Source of the DNA: Chloroflexota bacterium
GTDB taxonomy: Bacteria; Chloroflexota; Limnocylindria; Limnocylindrales; CSP1-4
Reading direction: 5' to 3'
Length of the DNA: 64,000 bases
Assembly: GCA_034667005.1 (NCBI GenBank)
Contig: JAXDKU010000077.1
Location: 12,784 to 76,783, forward strand
How positions within the stretch are numbered: position 1 is the first letter of the stretch; each line of letters starts with the position of its first letter. This document shows positions 55,525-63,270 of the stretch, piece by piece. Both the position numbers and the translations under genes were made by a program. The notes under the pieces are model-generated. The model made no database searches, had not been told where the DNA came from, and saw only the letters and a program-made list of their open reading frames with translations.

Positions 55525-56360
55525 ACCCCACCATCCCCGCCACAGCAACGGAGGGTCCCATCGGAACGATGTCAGCCGAGACGAACGCGGCACGCCTGCG
55601 GATCGAGCACGTGGGCAAGTCGTTCACGCGCGGCGGAAACACGATCGAGGTCCTCCGGGACGTCGACCTGGAAATTCGCTCCGGCGAGTTCGTGGCGCTG
55701 GTCGGCGCGAGCGGCTGCGGCAAGACAACGCTGCTGCGCATGGTCGACGGCCTGATCGACTACGACCGCGGCCAGATCCAGCTCAGCGGCCGCACCATCG
55801 ACGGGCCCGGCCCCGACCGCGGCTTCGTCTTCCAGAGCGACTGCCTGCTGCCCTGGCGCAGCGTCCGTGACAACGTCGCGTTCGGGCTCAAGGTCCGCGG
55901 CGTCAAGAAGTCGGAGGCCCACTCCCGCGCCGCAGCGCTCATCGAGCGCGTGGGGCTGGCGGGCTTCGAATCGCACTTCCCGCACGAGCTGTCCGGAGGC
56001 ATGCGCCAGCGCGTGAACCTCGCGCGCGCCCTGGCCATCGACCCCGAGGTTCTGCTCATGGACGAGCCCTTCGCGGCGCTCGACGCCCAGACGCGGGAGC
56101 TGATGCAGCGCGAGCTGCTGCGCATCTGGAGCGCGGACAAGAAGACCGTGATGTTCGTCACCCACCAGATCGACGAGGCCGTCTACCTCGCCGACCGGGT
56201 CGTGGTGATGACGTCGCGGCCCGGCCGCATCGGCGAGATCGTCGAGGTGGACCTCCCCCGGCCGAGAAGCCTGGACATCAAGCGAACCCCCCAGTTCGTC
56301 GGCTACGTCGACCGCATCTGGCATCGCATCGAGCACGAGGTGGAGGCATCTATGGAGTGA
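55521..56360 (+). CDS. ABC transporter ATP-binding protein (NitT/TauT family)
   Basis: ATGA overlap at 55521-55524. Walker A GASGCGKTT, signature LSGGMRQR, Walker B LLMDEPFAALD. Confidence 0.9.
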   Translation: MNPTIPATATEGPIGTMSAETNAARLRIEHVGKSFTRGGNTIEVLRDVDLEIRSGEFVALVGASGCGKTTLLRMVDGLIDYDRGQIQLSGRTIDGPGPDRGFVFQSDCLLPWRSVRDNVAFGLKVRGVKKSEAHSRAAALIERVGLAGFESHFPHELSGGMRQRVNLARALAIDPEVLLMDEPFAALDAQTRELMQRELLRIWSADKKTVMFVTHQIDEAVYLADRVVVMTSRPGRIGEIVEVDLPRPRSLDIKRTPQFVGYVDRIWHRIEHEVEASME

Positions 56361-56415
56361 GCCAGGTGCTGAGACTTCGCGCATTCGCGACCAATCAATG
56401 GAGGAGGACCGGTCG

Positions 56416-57480
56416 ATGGTGGGAATAGGACTGACAGGCATGCGGCGTCGAGCTGCCGCGTTGACGACCTTGGCGCTGATCCTCGGGGCATGTTCGGGCG
56501 CCACCCCAGTGGCCACGCAGAACCCGGCATCGGTTCCGCCCGTGTCCGGAACGCCGGTGGCCACCGTGGCCCCGACGTCGTCCGACCCGCTCGCGGGCAA
56601 GGACGTCCGGCTGGCGTTTCCGTCCGCTCCGGACTTCGGCAACGTTGACGTGCCGCTCCTGCAGGCCGCGTTCGAGGCCCGTGGCGCGAAGTTCACGGCC
56701 ACGAACTACGAGACGCAGGCCCAGGCGAACAACGCCCTGCTGACCGGAGAGGCCGACTTCCAGCAGACGCAGCTGAACTCGATCGTCATCGCCAACGCCG
56801 TTGGCGCCGACTTCCGGGCGCTCTTCGAGGTGAAGGCTAACGAGTGGGCCCTCGTCACCCCGATCGACATCACCACGCCCGAGCAGCTGGCCGGCAAGCG
56901 GATCGGCATCCACGGCCCGGGCACCCTGACGGAGCTCCTGGTCAACTCCACGGTCAAGAAGTACAACCTGACCACCGCGCAGGTCATGGTCGTGCCGGGC
57001 TCTGACGCCCGAGCCGCGGCCCTCGAGGCCGGCCAGTTGGACGCGACGCCCGCCGACGTGGGCACCGTGCTCAGCATCATGAACAGCAACCCCGGCAAGT
57101 ACCACGTCCTCATCAACTACTCGACCGACCTCCCGTTCCTCGGCAGCATCGAGGCGGTTCGCAAGCTCAAGGTCGACGAGGACCCGGCGTACATCCAGGC
57201 CGTGGTGGACGTCTTCACGACGGTCCTCCGCAGCATGAAGACCAACCCCGACCAGATCGACGCCGCGGCCGCGTCCTACCTGCCGGACCTCCCGGCCGAG
57301 CAGGTCGCCGGTTACAAGAAGGCGTACCTGGACATGGACTACTGGAATCCGACGCTCACCACGGAGCGCGTCCAGGAGGCCATCCAGTTCATGGTGGACT
57401 CCGGTGCCCTGGCTGCCGACAAGGCTCCCAAGCCCGAGGACATCGCCGACGTGAGCTACTTCGAGAAGGCCCCCAAGTAA
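56416..57480 (+). CDS. ABC transporter substrate-binding lipoprotein (NMT1/THI5-like)
   Basis: In ORF 56398..57480. ATG at 56416 follows GGAGGAGG. Lipobox LILGAC is followed by a Pro/Val/Thr linker. Confidence 0.8.
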   Translation: MVGIGLTGMRRRAAALTTLALILGACSGATPVATQNPASVPPVSGTPVATVAPTSSDPLAGKDVRLAFPSAPDFGNVDVPLLQAAFEARGAKFTATNYETQAQANNALLTGEADFQQTQLNSIVIANAVGADFRALFEVKANEWALVTPIDITTPEQLAGKRIGIHGPGTLTELLVNSTVKKYNLTTAQVMVVPGSDARAAALEAGQLDATPADVGTVLSIMNSNPGKYHVLINYSTDLPFLGSIEAVRKLKVDEDPAYIQAVVDVFTTVLRSMKTNPDQIDAAAASYLPDLPAEQVAGYKKAYLDMDYWNPTLTTERVQEAIQFMVDSGALAADKAPKPEDIADVSYFEKAPK

Positions 57481-57495
57481 GCCCTGCCGCCATCG

Positions 57496-57524
57496 ACGGC
57501 CGCCCGCGACGTGCGGGCGGCCGT
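57496..57524 (+). terminator. strong hairpin after the binding-protein gene (terminator or mRNA-stabilising element)
   Basis: ACGGCCGCCCGC-gacgt-GCGGGCGGCCGT forms a 12-bp perfect stem, 16 nt after the stop and 25 nt before the next start. Confidence 0.6.
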
Positions 57525-57548
57525 TCGGCTGCACACGAGGAGATCGCG

Positions 57549-58202
57549 ATGACCGCCGCAGCGTGGCCGATCGACAGCGCCGCCCAGATCGAGGGCCGGG
57601 TGATGCAGGAGACGCTGATCCCCGCCCGGGAGTACGGCACGTTCGAGCTGTACCACGGCCAGGTCATGCGGATCATCGACGTCGAGGGCGAGCAGGTTCC
57701 CGACGTGACCCTGCTGGACCTGCGCAACCTCAGCGAGCGCCTCTCGACGCAGTACACCAAGTCGCTCAACAACGTGGCCATGCCGACCGTCGGTCACCAC
57801 CTCTACAGCCTGGAGTGCAACCGCCTCGCGACGATCGTCGCGGACACGGTTGGCGATCACGATTGGAGCGGCGGGTTCTGCAGCGAGCCGCTCAACTTCC
57901 TCCGCTACGGCGTCCGCGGGACCCGCAACTGCCGGGACAACCTGGCATTCGCGCTGGCCCCGTACGGCCTCACGAAGCGGGACGTGACGGAGGGCGCCAA
58001 CATCGCGTTCTTCATGCACCGCGTCCCGGGCGAGGATGGCTCCTTCAAGATCGGCCCGCCGTCGTCCAAGGCCGGCGACTACGTGGAGATCCAGGCAGTG
58101 CGCGACGTCCTCGTGGCGATCTCCGCGTGTCCGCAGGACCGCGGCCCCACGAACGGCTTCAACCCGACGTCGGTCGGCATCGTGATCTACGACCCCGCCT
58201 GA
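57549..58202 (+). CDS. DUF1989 family protein (urea-carboxylase-associated-protein-like fold)
   Basis: ATG follows GAGGAG. The pattern Y..F.L..GQ.MRIIDVEG.Q..D and the C-terminal SACPQD....NGFNPT...I.I are as I recall them for DUF1989. Confidence 0.65.
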   Translation: MTAAAWPIDSAAQIEGRVMQETLIPAREYGTFELYHGQVMRIIDVEGEQVPDVTLLDLRNLSERLSTQYTKSLNNVAMPTVGHHLYSLECNRLATIVADTVGDHDWSGGFCSEPLNFLRYGVRGTRNCRDNLAFALAPYGLTKRDVTEGANIAFFMHRVPGEDGSFKIGPPSSKAGDYVEIQAVRDVLVAISACPQDRGPTNGFNPTSVGIVIYDPA

Positions 58203-58203
58203 C

Positions 58204-58830
58204 GTGACACGCCCGCAGATGCGCACGACGCTCGAGGAGATGGTCGAGCCCGCGAAGACGGCGCTCCTGGTGCTCGACGTCCAGAACGACTTCTGCCAGG
58301 ACGAGCCCCGCAGGCAGATGATCCCGCGGGTCGCCAGCGTCCTCGAGGCCGCGCGGCACGCCGGCGTGACGGTGGTCTACGTCCAGAACACGGTGCTGCC
58401 GGGCGGCCTGAGCGACTCGTCGGCGGACCTGGCGCGGCGCGCCCGGATCGGCCTGCGCACGTCCGCCACGCTCGACGGCACGGACGGACATCGGTTTGTG
58501 CCTGAGGTTGCCCCGCTCGACGGCGACCTGGTCGTCCGCAAGCACCGCGCGAGCGCGTTCAACGGCACCACGCTGGACACGATCCTGCGCAGCGCAGGCA
58601 TCGAGACCGTGGTGCTGGTGGGGACCGCCACGCAGGGAAGCGTGATCAACACCGCCTACGGCGGCATCGGCCTCAACTACTACGTGGTCGTGGTCCGCGA
58701 CGCCGTGTCGTCCTGGCGCGACGACCTGCACCAGGCGGCGATGCTCCTCATGGAGAACGCCGTCAATGAGATGACGGACGTCGCCACGCTGGCCACGGCC
58801 TGGACCGAAGCCCCGGCCGCAGCCGCGTAG
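58204..58830 (+). CDS. isochorismatase-family hydrolase lacking the canonical catalytic cysteine
   Basis: GTG at 58204. Motifs ALLVLDVQNDF (Asp) and VVRKHRASAF (Lys). In the expected Cys position, LVGTATQGSVINTAYGG carries Ser. Confidence 0.8.
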   Translation: MTRPQMRTTLEEMVEPAKTALLVLDVQNDFCQDEPRRQMIPRVASVLEAARHAGVTVVYVQNTVLPGGLSDSSADLARRARIGLRTSATLDGTDGHRFVPEVAPLDGDLVVRKHRASAFNGTTLDTILRSAGIETVVLVGTATQGSVINTAYGGIGLNYYVVVVRDAVSSWRDDLHQAAMLLMENAVNEMTDVATLATAWTEAPAAAA

Positions 58831-58836
58831 CCTGGC

Positions 58837-60312
58837 TCAGGCGGCGGGAGCGCCGCTTTCCGGAACGGCAGCGCCGGTGATCGACGCGATGAGCTCGGAG
58901 TGCGCCCCGAGATCCTCGAGCACCTCGTGCGGGTGCGCCGCCTGGAGGGCATCCTCCGGCACCTTGCAGCGAGGCGGGAACGTGATCGGCGGGGCCGGTC
59001 GCGTGCAGTCGAAGATCAGCTTCGTCTCCATGGGCCCCTTCTCCTCGCGGTGGTAGCCGTAGGTGACGGGGTTGAGGTGGCCGCCCAGGAAGTTGGGCAT
59101 GATCGTCAGGTCGCGGTCCGCCTGAAAACGGGTGGTGGTCGCCCACAGCACCTGGTCGTTGTCGAACACGTCGATGTCGTCGTCGACGATGTAGATGTGC
59201 TTGAGGATCGGGTCGACCGCGAAGGCCGCGCAGGCGGCGATCTTGGGCTCCCCTTCGACGCGCTTCTTCATGGACATGAAGAGCGTGCTGCGGATGCCCA
59301 TGAGCGGCAGGTTCACCGCCGTCACGGTCGGCATGGCCTCCTTGACGCGGCGCTGGATGCTGCCCATCTTCGGAAGCGCGGCCAGCACCAGGTGCTCGCG
59401 GTGCGCGTTGAAGACATCCACGTAGATGGGCTTGCGGCGCATCGTGATGGCCGTGATGTGCACCCACGGCATGGGTCCGAGGCGCGTGTAGTACAGCGGG
59501 TACTCGCCGAACGGGCCCTCGTTCTGGACTCGCTCGGGGTCCGTGTCCACGATGCCCTCGATCACGATCTCGGCTCGTGCCGGCACCTCGAGGTCGACGG
59601 TCTTGCAGCGCACGGTCTCGAGCGACTCGCCGAGCAGCCCGCCCATGACCTCCATCTCGCCCCCGATGCCAGCCAGGTGCGACACCGCGCCCATCAGCAT
59701 CGCCGGGTGGTGGCCGATCACGAGCGCGACCTCGAGCGGCTTGTTCATCTCCCGCATCGCCCGGAGGACGTACGCGGTGTGGTGCGCCGGGTTGGTCATG
59801 AAGCCGACCTGCCGCGGGCCCTGGAGCTGGTGGCGGAAGATGCCGGCGTTGAGACGGCCGCTCTCCGGGTCGCGGACGATCGTGGCGGCGGAGGTGATGT
59901 ACTTGCCGGCGTCGAGCTCGTTGTGGATCAGCAGCGGCAGCTTCGTGACGTCGATGTCGTCGCCCGTGATGACGACTTCCTGGACCGGCGCGTCGGCCGA
60001 GTCCACCAGCGTTGTCGGGAAGGGGTTGCCCTCACGCCTGGCGTACTCGTCGACCATGTGGTGGACGTCGGTCCCGAGGCTCAGCGCGAGCCGCTCGTAC
60101 GTCCCGGCGAGGTTCGCCAGCAACGGGATCTCCGAGTCGCCGACGTGCTCGAACAGCACGGCCGGAAAGCCGGGGAAGCGCGAGTCGTTCCACACCTTGT
60201 CGATGAGCGCGGACGCGCCGAAGACCGGGTCGACCTCCTGGGTCATGACCTTGAGCTGTTCCGGGAGAGCCTCGGTGAGCGCCTTCAGATACGTCCGGAG
60301 ATCCTGGGCCAT
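58837..60312 (-). CDS. UbiD family (prFMN-dependent) decarboxylase, copy 3
   Basis: In ORF 58837..60324; ATG at 60312. It is collinear with copy 2 over the full length (about three quarters of residues are identical by eye), with the same AGIFRHQ, NEGPFGEYPLYY and DDDIDVFDNDQVLWA motifs. Confidence 0.9.
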   Translation of the reverse strand: MAQDLRTYLKALTEALPEQLKVMTQEVDPVFGASALIDKVWNDSRFPGFPAVLFEHVGDSEIPLLANLAGTYERLALSLGTDVHHMVDEYARREGNPFPTTLVDSADAPVQEVVITGDDIDVTKLPLLIHNELDAGKYITSAATIVRDPESGRLNAGIFRHQLQGPRQVGFMTNPAHHTAYVLRAMREMNKPLEVALVIGHHPAMLMGAVSHLAGIGGEMEVMGGLLGESLETVRCKTVDLEVPARAEIVIEGIVDTDPERVQNEGPFGEYPLYYTRLGPMPWVHITAITMRRKPIYVDVFNAHREHLVLAALPKMGSIQRRVKEAMPTVTAVNLPLMGIRSTLFMSMKKRVEGEPKIAACAAFAVDPILKHIYIVDDDIDVFDNDQVLWATTTRFQADRDLTIMPNFLGGHLNPVTYGYHREEKGPMETKLIFDCTRPAPPITFPPRCKVPEDALQAAHPHEVLEDLGAHSELIASITGAAVPESGAPAA

Positions 60313-60429
60313 GCAACGCTCCAATCTGCGTGTTCGTGCGTGACGGTGAATGGGCAGCGCGGCGCGGATGGATGCGCCCGATGAGAAGGCCGCCGACGGC
60401 CGGCCCGTGCCGTGGTCCTGTGTGACACG

Positions 60430-60451
60430 TCCGCGGCGCCGGCGCCGCGGA
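60430..60451 (-). terminator. 22-bp perfect palindrome downstream of the DUF3891-like gene
   Basis: TCCGCGGCGCCGGCGCCGCGGA, 13 nt past the stop at 60464 on the minus strand. It could fold as a stem of about 9 bp. Confidence 0.45.
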
Positions 60452-60463
60452 GGCTCAGGGCCG

Positions 60464-61300
60464 CTAGGCGGCCTTCTGGAGGATGCGCGTGACGGTCATC
60501 TGCTCCGCCCGGAGGTAGTCGCGGAGGAACGTGTCGTGGTCGTCGTAGTGGCCCTGCGGCAGCACGCGCGCCGGGATCCGGATGTCGATCCGGTCCTCGT
60601 CGAACGGCCACGGCGTGACCACCGCCGTGTCCTCGCCGATCGGCTGGATGGTGAGCGTGGTGTCCGGCTCCCCGGGGCGAGTGGGGACGGACACGAGCGA
60701 GTTGCTCGGCCCCGTCTTGCGCTTCGTGCTGTTGAAGGGATGGCGGTTGCACAGGATCTGCCCGAACTGGTCGCCCATCTGCACGAGCTTGTAGTTGTGC
60801 ATGACGATCTCGTCGTCCAGGTACGGACGCAGGTCCTCGCGCGCCTCGATCTCCTTGCGGAGCTCCTCGCGGAAGGCCGTCTGGGCCTGGGCGAACTCCG
60901 CGACGTAGGGCTCGTTGCTGCGGTCGGGCATGTGCGGCAGGGTGCCGAAGCCGCCCGTCAGGAGGCCCTGGTGGTGCATGCTCACGAGGAAGCCGGAGTA
61001 GATGTCGCGCTTGCTCAGCCGCTCGATCCAGCTGTCCGTGAAGTCGCGCCAGGTCTGGCCGAGGACCTCGTTGCTGCGGTAGTAGTCGATGACGTCACCC
61101 TTCGTGTTGAGAAAGGGCTCGACTTCCCAGTCCCACCACGCGCTGTCATGGCCACCCGCCGCGACCACCACGCCGACGTAGGGAGTCGGGGCGGCGAAGT
61201 CCGCGTTGCCCCAGTGGGCGACTGTGGTGCCGGCGACCCGGCTGTGGTCGATCTGGAGAACGATCAGCAGCCGCCCATCGTCCAGGGGTGAAAGCATCAT
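60464..61300 (-). CDS. hypothetical protein (DUF3891-like)
   Basis: ATG at 61300 has GAGGAGG 10 nt upstream, and GC3 is high. The His-rich pattern (H..VAG..A..WGN, then GHD..WW.WE) resembles my recollection of DUF3891. The family assignment is tentative. Confidence 0.55.
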   Translation of the reverse strand: MMLSPLDDGRLLIVLQIDHSRVAGTTVAHWGNADFAAPTPYVGVVVAAGGHDSAWWDWEVEPFLNTKGDVIDYYRSNEVLGQTWRDFTDSWIERLSKRDIYSGFLVSMHHQGLLTGGFGTLPHMPDRSNEPYVAEFAQAQTAFREELRKEIEAREDLRPYLDDEIVMHNYKLVQMGDQFGQILCNRHPFNSTKRKTGPSNSLVSVPTRPGEPDTTLTIQPIGEDTAVVTPWPFDEDRIDIRIPARVLPQGHYDDHDTFLRDYLRAEQMTVTRILQKAA

Positions 61301-61451
61301 GGCCGGCGCACCTCCTCGATCATGGCCGCAAAAGGGGCCCGCATCCCGGGCAGTCTAGCTTCCCCGCGGCATTGTGCGCAAGTGCATACCAAGCCTTGAA
61401 GGCCTTCCGGACACCGGCGTTGCGCGCCACGGGCGCGGCCGCGACCCAGCC

Positions 61452-62348
61452 TCAGCGCAGCGAGCCGAAGCCGAGGACGCGCCGGTAGGGCTCGTGCGTG
61501 AGGTACGCGGCCGGGTCGTGGAGCGGGGTCCTGCCGACCTCGGCACGCATCGCATGCGCGGCCGCCAGCGCGGTCGGATCCAGATACGCCGTCGGCGGCC
61601 AACCGGCGCGCGGCTCGAGGAGGCGCAGCTTCACGGCTGCCGCAACCGTCCCGCCGATACCCAGCGCCGACGCGATGGCCTCGCTGGGAGCCGGATCCGG
61701 CTCCGTGTACAGCCACGTCAGCGCGGCGACGACGGCGCGGAGGTAGGCGTCGACGGTCTCCGCGTTGGCGTCGAGCCACGGCTCCAGTGACGCGCCGCAC
61801 GCGGGCTGTGCCTCGCCTCCCTGCGGATCCCAGACGGTCATGCCCGTGTCCGCGGCAAGCGACGACCAGGGGAGAGGCAGCAGCGTGGCCGCGATCCGCC
61901 CCTCACGGAGTGCCTCGACGCGCAGCGGCGTCGCGCCGACCGGCACCAACTGGACCTCGTCCTCGGCGATGCCGTGGTCGCGCAGGAGTCGCCGCAGGAC
62001 GGACACGAAGCCACGCGTGAGGTCGTCGACGCCGATCGCCCTCCCGCGAAGGTCGGCGGGGCCGCCCACCTCGGGCCGCGTCGCCAGGTTGAGCGGCCCG
62101 GTCGTGCCGCCCATCCACGCCGTGACCGGCGCGCCGGTCTCGTCGCGCCAGCCGATGACGTCGTCCGCCGTGGCATGGATGACGTCGAAGCGGCCGTCGA
62201 CGAGCCCTTCGATCATCTCGCTCGAGCGCCGCACGCGCGTCAGCAAGACGTCGAGACCCTGGTCGGAGAAGATGCCGCGGTCGGCGGCGACGAGCACGGG
62301 AAGGGCGGAGACTCCGCCGAAGGTCCCGACGCGGACGCTAGTTCCCAC
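61452..62348 (-). CDS. NMT1/THI5-like (periplasmic-binding-protein fold) protein without a signal peptide
   Basis: GTG at 62348. The protein begins directly with the fold's first strand (VRVGTFGGVSALPVLVAADRGIF...GLDV). There is no hydrophobic leader or lipobox, unlike the two lipoprotein paralogues in the window. Confidence 0.65.
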   Translation of the reverse strand: MGTSVRVGTFGGVSALPVLVAADRGIFSDQGLDVLLTRVRRSSEMIEGLVDGRFDVIHATADDVIGWRDETGAPVTAWMGGTTGPLNLATRPEVGGPADLRGRAIGVDDLTRGFVSVLRRLLRDHGIAEDEVQLVPVGATPLRVEALREGRIAATLLPLPWSSLAADTGMTVWDPQGGEAQPACGASLEPWLDANAETVDAYLRAVVAALTWLYTEPDPAPSEAIASALGIGGTVAAAVKLRLLEPRAGWPPTAYLDPTALAAAHAMRAEVGRTPLHDPAAYLTHEPYRRVLGFGSLR

Positions 62349-62378
62349 CGGCCGGCGCGCCTGACCCGGACCGGAACG

Positions 62379-63260
62379 TCACCATCCGCACCAGTCGCGG
62401 AGGAACGTGAGGATCCGCTCGGCGAGGCGTCCGTTGAAGGTCGGGGCGGTCGCGTCGATCGCCCGCCCGCGGCCCTCCAGGTAGAAGAAGTGCGCCGCGC
62501 TCTCGATCGGGGCGAGCCGGACGGTCGCGCCCGCCCGGTTGAGGTGCCGGCCCATGACGACCGACTGCTCGGGCGAGACCACGTCGTCGGCGGTGCCCCA
62601 GGCCAGGAGCCAGCGGGTCGCGGCCGCGTTCTGGCGCGAGGCATGGACCAGTGGTGAGGCCGCGTAGAAGCGAGGGCGCGCGTCCATGGGAGTGCCGCCG
62701 AGGTAGATCTCGGTCTGCTGGTCGGCGGGCCGGAACAGCTGGTCGTGCTCCCACTGCTCGACGAGGTCGTAGACCCCGGCGACCGCGATGGCCACGGCGA
62801 CATCCGCGGACCCGCCACGGTCGGATTCCCCGTGGTCGCTGACGCCGCCGGCGGCACCGCCGTGGCGCGTCAGGGTCAGCGTCGCGGCGATCGTCGCCCC
62901 CGCGGAGCAGCCCATCGCGGCGATGCGTTCCGGGTCGATGTGGAGCTCCGCCGCGTTGGCGCGCAGGTACTCCACGGCCGTCCGGGCGTCGTCGACCGCG
63001 GCGGGGAAGCTGGATCGGTCATGCGCTGCCAGCGTGTAGTCGATCGAGAACGCGAGGAAGCCCTGGCCGGCAAGCCACGTTCCCCAGTGCGAAAGCGCGG
63101 CCCGCGAGCCGCCCTTGAACGCCCCGCCGTGAACGATCAGGACCGCGGGCGCGGGCTCCGACGACGATGGGTGGTACAGGTCCCCGACGAGCGCGGGATG
63201 CCCGGCGCCCGCGTAGTGGACGTCGCGCTCGACCCGTACCCGCCCGCCGTCTTCGGTCAT
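62379..63260 (-). CDS. alpha/beta hydrolase (esterase/lipase, HGG type)
   Basis: In ORF 62379..63368; ATG at 63260. Oxyanion motif VHGGAF.GG, nucleophile elbow GCSAGA and a C-terminal His region. Confidence 0.8.
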   Translation of the reverse strand: MTEDGGRVRVERDVHYAGAGHPALVGDLYHPSSSEPAPAVLIVHGGAFKGGSRAALSHWGTWLAGQGFLAFSIDYTLAAHDRSSFPAAVDDARTAVEYLRANAAELHIDPERIAAMGCSAGATIAATLTLTRHGGAAGGVSDHGESDRGGSADVAVAIAVAGVYDLVEQWEHDQLFRPADQQTEIYLGGTPMDARPRFYAASPLVHASRQNAAATRWLLAWGTADDVVSPEQSVVMGRHLNRAGATVRLAPIESAAHFFYLEGRGRAIDATAPTFNGRLAERILTFLRDWCGW

Positions 63261-63270
63261 GCCGCGGTGG

